DNA of 64,000 nucleotides, taken from positions 192,001-256,000 of the forward strand of contig JAAOZP010000017.1 of assembly GCA_011605725.1 (NCBI GenBank), in the 5' to 3' direction. The notes beneath the pieces were generated by a model. That model did no database searches and was not told the origin of the DNA. It saw nothing but the letters and a program-made list of their open reading frames with translations. Every line of letters begins with the position of its first letter. The stretch's first letter is position 1. Made by a program: the position numbers and the translations under genes. Below, one piece after another: positions 48,859 to 57,907 of the stretch. Source of the DNA: Nitrososphaerota archaeon (GTDB lineage Archaea > Thermoproteota > EX4484-205 > JAAOZP01).

Positions 48859-51293
48859 TGAGCGGGGAGCCGAGAATAGGAGTATTCGTGTGCCACTGCG
48901 GGAAGAACATAGCTGGCACTGTAGACGTCGCGAAGGTTGCCGAGTACGCTAAGACTCTTCCAAACGTCGTTTACTCCACCCATAATCTTTACACGTGTTC
49001 AGAAGCTGGACAAGCTGAGGTAAAGAGGATAATTAAGGAATACGGGCTTAACAGGGTTGTCGTAGCAGCCTGCAGCCCGAAGATGCATGAGCCGACTTTC
49101 AGAGCATGCGTCTCAGAAGCAGGTTTAAACCCTTACCTATTCGAAATGGCTAACATAAGGGAGCATTGCTCCTGGGTTCACATGAGCGACCCTGAGGGCG
49201 CCACTAGGAAGGCTATCGACCTTGTCAAAATGGCTGTTGCTAAAGCACGGTTGCTTGAGCCTCTTGAGCCGATAATCGTCCCAGTTGAGAAAACGCTGCT
49301 CGTCATAGGCGGGGGAATAGCTGGAATGAGAACAGCACTAGACGTAGCGGACTCAGGGTACAACGTGATACTCGTCGAGAAGTCTCCGAGACTGGGAGGC
49401 AAGACAGCGATGCTGGGGAAAACTTTTCCAAAAGTGGATTGCACATCCTGCTTGGTAAACGAAATGATAAGCAGAGTATTGACACATCCGAGGATAAGGG
49501 TTTTAACGCTTTCTGAAGTCGCCAGCGTAGACGGCTACGTTGGAAACTTCATCGTCACGGTGAAAAGATCCCCGTCGAAAGTCTCTGTAGAGTGCACAGG
49601 ATGCGGGAAATGTGTTGAAGCATGCCCCGTAGAGGTTGAGGAAGAGTTTACACGCGGCCTCTCAAAAAGAAAAGCAATATATCTTGTTGAGAAAACCTGG
49701 AGGAATGCTGGTTGCGAATACGGGTATGAGAAGGTAGTCCACATACCGGGACTAGTGGGAAGCCCGATGACAGCCCTGGTTGACGTGAAAAACTGCAGTA
49801 AATGCGGGAAATGTGTTGAAACATGCCCAGTCAAAGCAATAGACCTTGAGGCACCAGGATTACAGGAAACATTCAAAGTCGGCGCGATAGTAATAGCGAC
49901 AGGATTCGACCTTTTCAACCCTGGGAGAAAACCGGAGTATGGCTACGGAAGACTGAGAAATGTCTTGTCAAGCATGGAGTTCGAGAAAATGCTAACACCA
50001 GACGGGCCGACGAAAGGAGAAGCAGTAAGGCCCTCAGACGGGAAGCCGGTTGGGAAAATAGCGTTTATACAGTGCGTGGGCTGCAGGGATGAACAGACAA
50101 ACATCTACTGCTCAAGAATATGCTGCATGATAACCCTTAAGCAAGCGCTCCTCCTGAAGAGGAAAAACCCTGATGCTGAAGTAACCGTGTACTATATTGA
50201 TGTTAGAGCAGGCGGGAAAGAGTATGAAAGAATATTCAGAATGGCGAGGGAGAAAGGAGTGAGGTTCATCAGGGGCAGGCCCAGCAGAGTCGAGGAGGAA
50301 AACGGGATGCTGAAGATACGTGCAGAGGACACTCTGAGCGGAGAGAGAATAGAGGAGCAGTATGACCTCGTAGTCCTAGCGATAGGAATGCAGCCCTCGG
50401 AAGGCACGGATAGGCTTGGAGAAATACTTAGAGTGCCAAGGGACCAGTATGGCTTTTTCATGGAGGCACATATCAAGCTTAAACCGGTTGAAACAGTCGT
50501 AAACGGCATATTTCTAGCGGGATCGTGCGCAGGACCGACAGACATACCCATGACGGTAGCCAGGGGGCATGCGGCAGCTTCGAAAACACTAATGCTTTTC
50601 TCAAAAGACTTCATGGAGCTTGAGCCGATAACAAGCTACGTGGACCCGTTGAAATGCAAAGGATGCCTAGCGTGCACAAAAATGTGCCCGTTTCAAGCGT
50701 TGAAACCGGTGGAAACCGAAGGTAGGAGAACAATACAGGTCACTCAGTCGATGTGCGCTGGATGCGGAACATGCACAGCAGGCTGCCCCTTCGGAGCCTT
50801 AAACCAATACCACTTTACAGATGAGCAGATATTTGCACAAATCGATGCAGCCCTTGAGGAAAACCCGAGGGAAAAAATCATAAGTTTCAATTGTAATTGG
50901 TGTTCATACGCTGGCGCGGATATGGCTGGAGTCTCAAGATTCGAATACCCGTCGAGCGTGAGGATAATCAGAGTGATGTGCTCGGGTAGAGTCAGCGAGA
51001 AAATGATTCTGAGGGCGTTCGAGAAGGGGGCGGGAATGGTTCTAGTAGCACCGTGTCACCCTGCTGACTGTCACTACATAAGCGGCAACGAGTGGGCCCG
51101 TAGAAGGGTTGAGTCGCTTAAGAAGAGGCTTGGCAAGATGGGTATTAATCCTGAGAGGCTTTGGTTCGTCTATGTTTCCGCCGCAGAGGGCAATGTTTAC
51201 CAGAACACGATTATTAAAATGAATGAATATTTGCAGAAGCTTAAGAACGGCGAGGTAAGCTGGGGCGTTGAAGAGGCTAAGGCAGTAGCCTAG
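48858..51293 (+). CDS. hdrA: Heterodisulfide reductase subunit A-like flavoprotein fused to MvhD
   Basis: VCHCGKNI, AACSP, REHCSWVH, GGGIAG, KTFP--DC--C, YCSRICC; C-terminal MvhD motifs CNWCSYAGAD, RVMCSGRV, CHPADCHY. Confidence 0.93.
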   Translation: MSGEPRIGVFVCHCGKNIAGTVDVAKVAEYAKTLPNVVYSTHNLYTCSEAGQAEVKRIIKEYGLNRVVVAACSPKMHEPTFRACVSEAGLNPYLFEMANIREHCSWVHMSDPEGATRKAIDLVKMAVAKARLLEPLEPIIVPVEKTLLVIGGGIAGMRTALDVADSGYNVILVEKSPRLGGKTAMLGKTFPKVDCTSCLVNEMISRVLTHPRIRVLTLSEVASVDGYVGNFIVTVKRSPSKVSVECTGCGKCVEACPVEVEEEFTRGLSKRKAIYLVEKTWRNAGCEYGYEKVVHIPGLVGSPMTALVDVKNCSKCGKCVETCPVKAIDLEAPGLQETFKVGAIVIATGFDLFNPGRKPEYGYGRLRNVLSSMEFEKMLTPDGPTKGEAVRPSDGKPVGKIAFIQCVGCRDEQTNIYCSRICCMITLKQALLLKRKNPDAEVTVYYIDVRAGGKEYERIFRMAREKGVRFIRGRPSRVEEENGMLKIRAEDTLSGERIEEQYDLVVLAIGMQPSEGTDRLGEILRVPRDQYGFFMEAHIKLKPVETVVNGIFLAGSCAGPTDIPMTVARGHAAASKTLMLFSKDFMELEPITSYVDPLKCKGCLACTKMCPFQALKPVETEGRRTIQVTQSMCAGCGTCTAGCPFGALNQYHFTDEQIFAQIDAALEENPREKIISFNCNWCSYAGADMAGVSRFEYPSSVRIIRVMCSGRVSEKMILRAFEKGAGMVLVAPCHPADCHYISGNEWARRRVESLKKRLGKMGINPERLWFVYVSAAEGNVYQNTIIKMNEYLQKLKNGEVSWGVEEAKAVA

Positions 51294-51904
51294 TTAGAAC
51301 AGGCTCCTTTTTAACTGCATGCACCATATTGCTGTCAGCTTCCTGTTTTACCAACAATATCTTTATGAAGCCCCTTATACTCTTTCTTTAAACTTCGTCA
51401 TGTAGTTTTCGTGCACCCGAGACTGCTTCAACCCCCCTTCTTTATTTCCTCGAACTTCCTGTCTTCATCCATGTTTCCAGAGTAAAACGAGGAAACGAAA
51501 CACGTTTTCCAGTGACGGCTCATCTTGCTTATCAATACTCCTCCTGTTTTCAAATCGTTAAGCATCGATGCCTTCTAGCGTGCTGCCAATGTTCTTAGCC
51601 CACCTTTATTCCTGCATAGATCCCCCTTCCATGAACCATATTTTCTCCGTTAGCGCGCTTCCTCCCCATCATTCACTAAGGCGAGCAGGCTAAATACCTA
51701 TTGGCGAGTAAGCGAAGAATTTACGCCAGCTTAAAAAATTCCTACAGAAAGAATTTACCGTGCTAAAATAACTTTTTAACCCTCTGGCGGGCATTTTCAT
51801 ACCTGCTCATGCGTCTCTGAGCCAGCTTTAATGCTGACGCCCCCCCCCCAAAAAAGATATAAAAAAGTAAACTTTAAATATAATTTAGGATACTAGAATT
51901 TGAA

Positions 51905-52666
51905 ATGTACGACGAATTATCGCTCAGAATAATGCTGTTTTTAAGGAGGAGGAAAACAGCGAGGTTCAAGGATCTTAAGACGGTCGTCAGCAACCCTAGG
52001 ACGCTCACGATAAAGCTGAAAAAGCTTAAGCATCTGGGGCTTGTAAAGTCTGAAAATGGGACGTATGAGCTGACTTCTAAAGGCCTTGAGGCAAGCAGGG
52101 TTCTTGAAGATTTACATAGGATTCTTTCCTCTTCTGAACCAGTGATTAGGAACGTGGAGAGAATACCTCACCACTACTATGCTCCTGTGATAAGAAGGTA
52201 TTGTGAACTGTTGATGGGCCTGTTAGGGGAAAGGCTTCTTAGCATAATGCTTTTCGGCTCTGTCGCCAGAGGAGACTGGAAAAGGGAGAGTGATATAGAT
52301 ATTCTTATAGTGGCTGAGGGCTGGGAGGATAAGCCTGCTTGGGTTAGGATTGAAGAGCTTAGAAGGGCTAAGGAAGCCCTGGAGGAAAGCCTGGAGTATT
52401 CAGAGGCTTTAGGAGCCGGCTACTTTCCGATTATTCAAAACTACGCGCTTAGCGTTGAGGAGGCTAAAGGGTTTAACAGAATATTCTTAGACGCGGTGGT
52501 CGACGGCATAATTCTTTACGATAAGAACGGGTTTCTAACAGGAGTGCTTCAATCTTTAAGGAAAAGACTTGAAAAAATGGGTTCAGTAAGGGTTACGCTT
52601 CCAGATAAAAAGTTCTACTGGGTTCTGAAGGATGTGAAGGCGGGGGAGGTAATAACGCTTGGATAG
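51905..52666 (+). CDS. Winged-HTH fused to minimal nucleotidyltransferase (MNT), putative antitoxin
   Basis: N-terminal RFKDL...PRTLTIKLKKL..LGLV..YELTSKG; MNT motif FGSVARGDWKRESDIDIL. Confidence 0.88.
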   Translation: MYDELSLRIMLFLRRRKTARFKDLKTVVSNPRTLTIKLKKLKHLGLVKSENGTYELTSKGLEASRVLEDLHRILSSSEPVIRNVERIPHHYYAPVIRRYCELLMGLLGERLLSIMLFGSVARGDWKRESDIDILIVAEGWEDKPAWVRIEELRRAKEALEESLEYSEALGAGYFPIIQNYALSVEEAKGFNRIFLDAVVDGIILYDKNGFLTGVLQSLRKRLEKMGSVRVTLPDKKFYWVLKDVKAGEVITLG

Positions 52667-53105
52667 CACTACAAACATAGATCTTGCTGCGTCAGCCATA
52701 AGAAGGAGCGCGCGATGGTTGAGAAGCGCCTTAAGGGCTCTGGAGGACGAGAGGTGGGATGACGTCGTCTACTCTTCACAGATGGCTGTTGAACAAGCGT
52801 CTAAAGCAGTGTTGATAGCGCTTGGAATAGAGTATCCTAGGGAGCATGATGTTAGCGCTGTCTTCAAGCGGATCTCAAGAATAGAGAATGTTCCAGAATG
52901 GTTCTCATCCATTGTTCCTGAGCTTGCTGACAATATTTCTGAACTGGCTGAGTTAAGAGGGTTAGCCGGCTACGGTTATGAGAAGGGTTTAGACGCTGAT
53001 TATTTTAAAGGCTATGCGCCAAAGGCGTATGAAATGGCTGTGAAACATTATGAGGCTTGTGCCAAATTTCTCTCTGAGGTTTACGGTATAGATGTGAAAA
53101 AGTGA
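52659..53105 (+). CDS. HEPN-domain protein, putative toxin
   Basis: SQMAVEQASKAVL, PREHDV, LRGLAGYG; overlaps the MNT gene. Confidence 0.88.
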   Translation: MDSTTNIDLAASAIRRSARWLRSALRALEDERWDDVVYSSQMAVEQASKAVLIALGIEYPREHDVSAVFKRISRIENVPEWFSSIVPELADNISELAELRGLAGYGYEKGLDADYFKGYAPKAYEMAVKHYEACAKFLSEVYGIDVKK

Positions 53106-53127
53106 TCCTCATTCTTACAGCTCCTGA

Positions 53128-53406
53128 TTACTTTAGGCAAATGAAGCGCGCTTTATCCTCAGATGTGGTTTCAAGGTCTGAGCCTATGTAGACGACCCTC
53201 CTCTCATGGTCTTTAGAGAACACGGCTGCTGGCGTATTCTCGATAATGCTTAAGCCCTCTGGTGGTTTTCCCCATAATGCGATGGTTTCACTCCAGTCCC
53301 TTAGTTTTAACCCTGCATGCTCTGAAACCGTCTTCAGACTCGTACATGGATAGCGCGCGAGGAACTCCCAGTCCACCGGTATGTCTATGTCAGCGCGGGC
53401 ACTCAT
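53128..53406 (-). pseudogene. Probable gene fragment, unassigned
   Basis: 92-aa ORF with TPAAV...RRVVYIG, weakly reminiscent of a GATase-like/beta-galactosidase trimerisation C-terminus; surrounded by decayed DNA. Confidence 0.3.
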
Positions 53407-53602
53407 GCGGTTTAGCAGCGAACCTTAGGGTTCGCGCGCGCTAAACAGTTTTAGGATTCACAAGTAAAGAAGCTTTAGCCAAGTGTTTGATTCACAGCCG
53501 ATTGCTTCAACGAATCACATCTACGCTACGACAGTAGTCTCAACACGGTTGATTAAGATGTCTCTAAAGATATAAATCCCGTTTCATCCTAGGAATGCCG
53601 AA

Positions 53603-54847
53603 TTGTCCGAGGATGGTTTCTGGGGCTTGGATCTGGATTCAATCGTGAAAGAACATGGGACCCCGACATACGTTGTGAACCTTGATCTGGTTGAGAAGAA
53701 TTTTGAAGCTCTTTCCAGCACGGTTCGACGGATCTACAGTAGGTTCAAGATTTTCTACGCGGTTAAGGCAAACCCTTTGATAACTATACTGAAGCTCGTT
53801 AGAGAGCTGGGAGGCGGAGCTGAAGTGGTTTCCATGGGTGAGCTTGAGGCTTCCAGGAGAGCAGGCTTAAATGGTGGGGAAGTATTGTTTAACGGGCCTG
53901 GTAAGACTGAGGTGGAGATTGAGGCTGCAATAGGCTTCGGAGTCTACTCGGTAAACGTTGAATCTGTTGAAGAGCTTATGACGGTGAGGAAGGCGGCTGA
54001 ACGGCTCAGGGTTAAGGCTAGAGTGGGGTTCAGGGTTAACCCCGGTGTAAAAGCTGCTACTCACAAGTATCTTGCGCTGGGCTTCCAGGGAAGCAAGTTC
54101 GGGCTTGACGCCAAGTCTTACAGGGCAGCGTTGCATGAAGCCAAAAGAACCAGAAGGTTTTTGCCAATGGGGGTTCAGATGCATGTTGGGTCGCAGGTTT
54201 TCAGGGAGTCTGATTTCCAGAAAGGGTTCCTCAACTTATTGAGGTTTGTGAACGTGTTTAAATCGGTTCTAGGCTTTCCCCCGGAGTTCATCGATATTGG
54301 AGGCGGAATAGGGCTTAACTATGAGACTGGAGACACTTCCATCTCCCTAAACCGTTTTTCCAGAGCCCTGTCTAAACTAGTCAACAATCCCGATTGGCCG
54401 GATGGAACAACCCTAGTAATGGAGCCCGGCAGGGCTCTCGTTGGGAATGCTGGAATCCTGTTGACAAGGGTTCTTTACGTTAAAGAGTCTAACGGTAGGC
54501 TGTGGGCTATTGTCGACGCCGGGATGAACGACTTCATGAGGACCGCGCTATACGGTGTTAAGCATAGGGTTGTAAGCCTCACGCCTAGACGGGGCAGGCC
54601 TGTCAAATACGCGTTAGGAGGCCCAGTGTGCGAGTCCAGTGATGTTTTCGGCGAGTATGTTCTGCCCCCGTTGAAGAAGGGCGACCTGTTGGCTCTGCTG
54701 GATGTTGGAGCATACGGGTGCTCAATGTCCAGCAATTATAATGGACGGCCTAGGCCTCCAACCCTTGTTTCAAGGTTAGGCAGGGTCCACGTGGCTGAGA
54801 GGCGTGAAACCATAGATGATATTTTAAGAAGGCAGGCAGTCGGCTAA
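53603..54847 (+). CDS. lysA: Diaminopimelate decarboxylase (group IV PLP decarboxylase)
   Basis: YAVKAN, FNGPGKT, SKFG, HVGSQ, DIGGG, EPGR, DAGMND, GPVCESSD, GAYG-SMSSNYN. Confidence 0.88.
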   Translation: MSEDGFWGLDLDSIVKEHGTPTYVVNLDLVEKNFEALSSTVRRIYSRFKIFYAVKANPLITILKLVRELGGGAEVVSMGELEASRRAGLNGGEVLFNGPGKTEVEIEAAIGFGVYSVNVESVEELMTVRKAAERLRVKARVGFRVNPGVKAATHKYLALGFQGSKFGLDAKSYRAALHEAKRTRRFLPMGVQMHVGSQVFRESDFQKGFLNLLRFVNVFKSVLGFPPEFIDIGGGIGLNYETGDTSISLNRFSRALSKLVNNPDWPDGTTLVMEPGRALVGNAGILLTRVLYVKESNGRLWAIVDAGMNDFMRTALYGVKHRVVSLTPRRGRPVKYALGGPVCESSDVFGEYVLPPLKKGDLLALLDVGAYGCSMSSNYNGRPRPPTLVSRLGRVHVAERRETIDDILRRQAVG

Positions 54848-55042
54848 GCCTGAATGAAAACCATGCGGTTCCGACAGATGTTTAAGAAGAACCGGCTTAA
54901 TGCGATATGGATACTTAATGGTTATGCTGCAATCCAGTGCTTGCAATTCAAGTACGAACACGCCAATGTCATGAGTCAGCAAATGGTTAAAGGAATTTCT
55001 GAATCTAAAACATGAGATTTAACCACGCTGCTCTAGTTTGGC

Positions 55043-56380
55043 TTACTTGCTTGCGATCGTTACGCTTCGGAACTTGAGGGAGGGCGCTGAAACACCGTAG
55101 TCGTGCCTCGTATCTTTACCAATCATCTCTAAACCTTCTTTAAACATCTCGTAGAAATTGCCTGAGACAACCCCGTTCTTCACAGGCTTAGCTATCTCTC
55201 CGTTCTCAACCATGTAAGCATGGGTTATCGTAGCGTTCAAGTGCCCGCTCACAGGGTTAGACATCCATTCTCCTATCGTGCTCATCACTAGGACACCATT
55301 CTCAGTCTCCTCGAGGAGTTCTTCGAAGGTTGCGTCCCCGGGTTTAAGGTGGAGATGATGCGGGGAAGGTCTCGGAGCTGTGGAGAAGCCTCTGGACGCG
55401 TTCCCCGTGGATTCCCTCCCCTCCCTGTTTGCAGTGTAAGTATCGTAGAGAAAAGTTTCTAAAACACCCTTACCCACTATGGTCAGGTTCCTCGTAGGAT
55501 GGCCCTCGTCGTCGAAAGGCTTTGAGCCAAGCGTGTTCACACTGGCACCCAGGTCTTCAACAGTAACGTTGTCCGACATTATTTCTAAACCTATCTTACC
55601 GGCGAGGGGCGACCTGCCCTCCTGAACGTTCAAAGCTGAAACAGCTGGGTTAAGCATGACGGGCAGCAGCGAGTCTGAAACCCTGTTAAGCGTTATAACC
55701 CCATACTTCCCGTTGGGTATTGCGCCTGCTTTAACGAACTCCCTTGCTCTCGAACCTGCTTCAACACCCGTCTTCCAAGGCTCAAGCTTCCTGTAGCTTC
55801 TAGCTATGCTGTAATCCGAGTAGGTGCCTACTTCCCCAGCCTCGTCAACCCTTGCCTCCACATCTAGGAACGCCAGGGTCTCCCTTCTTTCAACCGGCCC
55901 CCCGTAAGTATTCGCGTAAATCACCTCCAAGGCTCTAGACGTGAGAAACCCGCGTACAGGCTTCGCTTCCCTACAACCCTCTTTAACAGCGTCCAAGAGT
56001 CCCCTAGCAATCGGCAGCAGGTCCTCCGGAGTAGCCTCGGCAGTAGCCTTGTCAAATGTTTCTCCAACTTCCCTCACACTGATATTCCCGTTCATCCTTA
56101 CCCATCTTGGGTCCGGAGGAGAAACCCTTGCTATTGAAACAGCAGAATTCACAGCGCTCTCAATACCCGTGTCGCTCACATCCTGAGTGCCGACGACGGC
56201 TGTAGACTTTCCAATGGCAACTCTGATCCCGAAGGATTTCAGCCTAACGGTCTTCGAAGCCTCCACTTCCCCAGCGAGGGTTAACGATGTTTCAGCCGTG
56301 TTAAGGAGATAGGCCTCGGCCTCGGAGGCGCCTAGTTCAACAGCCCTCTTAACCGCTTTCTCAACATCCATTTCAACCAC
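55043..56380 (-). CDS. TldE/PmbA family protein
   Basis: PFDDEG, STGNASR, NPVSG; no HExxxH; downstream of tldD. Confidence 0.9.
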   Translation of the reverse strand: MVEMDVEKAVKRAVELGASEAEAYLLNTAETSLTLAGEVEASKTVRLKSFGIRVAIGKSTAVVGTQDVSDTGIESAVNSAVSIARVSPPDPRWVRMNGNISVREVGETFDKATAEATPEDLLPIARGLLDAVKEGCREAKPVRGFLTSRALEVIYANTYGGPVERRETLAFLDVEARVDEAGEVGTYSDYSIARSYRKLEPWKTGVEAGSRAREFVKAGAIPNGKYGVITLNRVSDSLLPVMLNPAVSALNVQEGRSPLAGKIGLEIMSDNVTVEDLGASVNTLGSKPFDDEGHPTRNLTIVGKGVLETFLYDTYTANREGRESTGNASRGFSTAPRPSPHHLHLKPGDATFEELLEETENGVLVMSTIGEWMSNPVSGHLNATITHAYMVENGEIAKPVKNGVVSGNFYEMFKEGLEMIGKDTRHDYGVSAPSLKFRSVTIASK

Positions 56381-57770
56381 CCCCGACGATGAGCTCCCTA
56401 ATCATCACATGAGGCCCTCCATCCCCAACTCTGGCGAGCTGATTATCCTTGCCACAGCCGCCGAAGGCTGAAGTAGTTATCTTAAGGTCTTTCCCAACAG
56501 CCTCCACCCCTTTGAGCGTTTCAAGTATTGAGCCGGATATGACCACGCCCCTGACAAGTTCCGCAAGCTCCCCGTTCCTTATCATTCTTGAAGGCCCCGC
56601 GGAGAAAGTGAAGGTTCCGGAGGCTGTGTCAACCTGGCCTCCCGTAGCACCCCTTCCAACGATGTATATCCCTTCTCCAGCCTCTTCAACAATCTCCTCA
56701 AAGCCATGGTCCTTAGGCATCATGAAGAAGTTTGTCTGCCTCACAATCGGGAAGTGAGTAAAGTCCTGCGCCCTACTGTTACCTGAAACCGGAAGTTTAA
56801 GAATACCGGCTGTCTCCCTACCGGTCATGAAGGATTTTAAAACTCCTTCTTCAACAGCCAAAACCCTCGTCTTAATGCTACCCTCGTCGTCGAACGGGAC
56901 GAAGTACCCTCCCTCAGCAAGACCATCGTCAACTATCGTGACCAGGGGTGAAGCAATCTCGCCTCCAAGCTTACCGGATAGTATTGAGTCTCCTGAGGAA
57001 ACCAGGTCTCCCTCGCACGCGTGTCCAAAAGCCTCGTGAAGTATCAGGCCGACCATCTCCGGGTCAGCCACAGCCTTAAGCCTGCCGGACGGGGGCAGTG
57101 GTGCTTTAACAGCCTCCTTAGCCAGCCTGCTGACACTTGCTGAGAACTGATTCCAATCCTTGCCCTCTATGAACTCCCAGCCGGCTACAGCAGACTCCTG
57201 GTCACTAACCCTCTCCATCGCCCCGGCTTCGAAAGCCACGCTCATATGCGCGAAACCCAGCAGTGATGATTCATATTCCAAGTCTACCCCGTCGCTCGTA
57301 GCAATGTACCTCCAGTCACGCTGGATGCCGAGCCTTGTAACAGCCGACTTTATTCCATCCAAGCCCAGCCCAGCCTTATTAACATCCATGGTGAGGCTGA
57401 CCTTAGTCCCGTCGGAAACATCCTCAGGCTTTTTCCTCCAGGCTGATTTGAAAACACCTTTGCAGGCTTCTCTTTCACCCAGCTTCTCTACGCGTCTAGA
57501 GGCTTTAGCCGCGGATATGGCTTTCTCAACAGCCTCCCTAACGCTTTCACGGTTAAGAACGTTCGTCGAAGAGAAGCCGAACCTATTGCCGTAAAAAACC
57601 CTGATGCCCAACCCAGCTGAGAAAGTTTTAGAAAACTCCTTAAGAATCCCGTTGTCAACCGTGATCAACTCGTAGCTTGCCCGTTGCGCCCTGGCTTCAA
57701 CATAGGTCGCGCCCAATTCCTCTGCTGTGCTCAACCCATATGCTGCCAGCTCCTTCAACATTGCAACCAT
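56373..57770 (-). CDS. tldD: TldD family metalloprotease
   Basis: LHEAFGHACE, PFDDEG, RQTN, GGCGK..Q...VG.GGP; start probably 57770 or 57761. Confidence 0.92.
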   Translation of the reverse strand: MVAMLKELAAYGLSTAEELGATYVEARAQRASYELITVDNGILKEFSKTFSAGLGIRVFYGNRFGFSSTNVLNRESVREAVEKAISAAKASRRVEKLGEREACKGVFKSAWRKKPEDVSDGTKVSLTMDVNKAGLGLDGIKSAVTRLGIQRDWRYIATSDGVDLEYESSLLGFAHMSVAFEAGAMERVSDQESAVAGWEFIEGKDWNQFSASVSRLAKEAVKAPLPPSGRLKAVADPEMVGLILHEAFGHACEGDLVSSGDSILSGKLGGEIASPLVTIVDDGLAEGGYFVPFDDEGSIKTRVLAVEEGVLKSFMTGRETAGILKLPVSGNSRAQDFTHFPIVRQTNFFMMPKDHGFEEIVEEAGEGIYIVGRGATGGQVDTASGTFTFSAGPSRMIRNGELAELVRGVVISGSILETLKGVEAVGKDLKITTSAFGGCGKDNQLARVGDGGPHVMIRELIVGGG

Positions 57771-57907
57771 CGTGAAAAAACGGTTAAACAGGGTATTAAG
57801 TCTTCCCATGGGCAGCCTGCATCATACTTAGAGTATCTGGACGCGGAGGTTTTAAATGGGAAATAGTTTATATCTGGTCTTCGCATTAAATGTGGCAGTG
57901 TTGAGCG

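Noticed and set aside
51330-51675. Purine-rich minus-strand coding-like remnant
   Set aside because: All frames are interrupted and no family is recognisable; mentioned only as context for the TA islet.
54853-55017. About 53-aa plus-strand ORF after lysA
   Set aside because: No motif or codon-bias support; lies between convergent genes.
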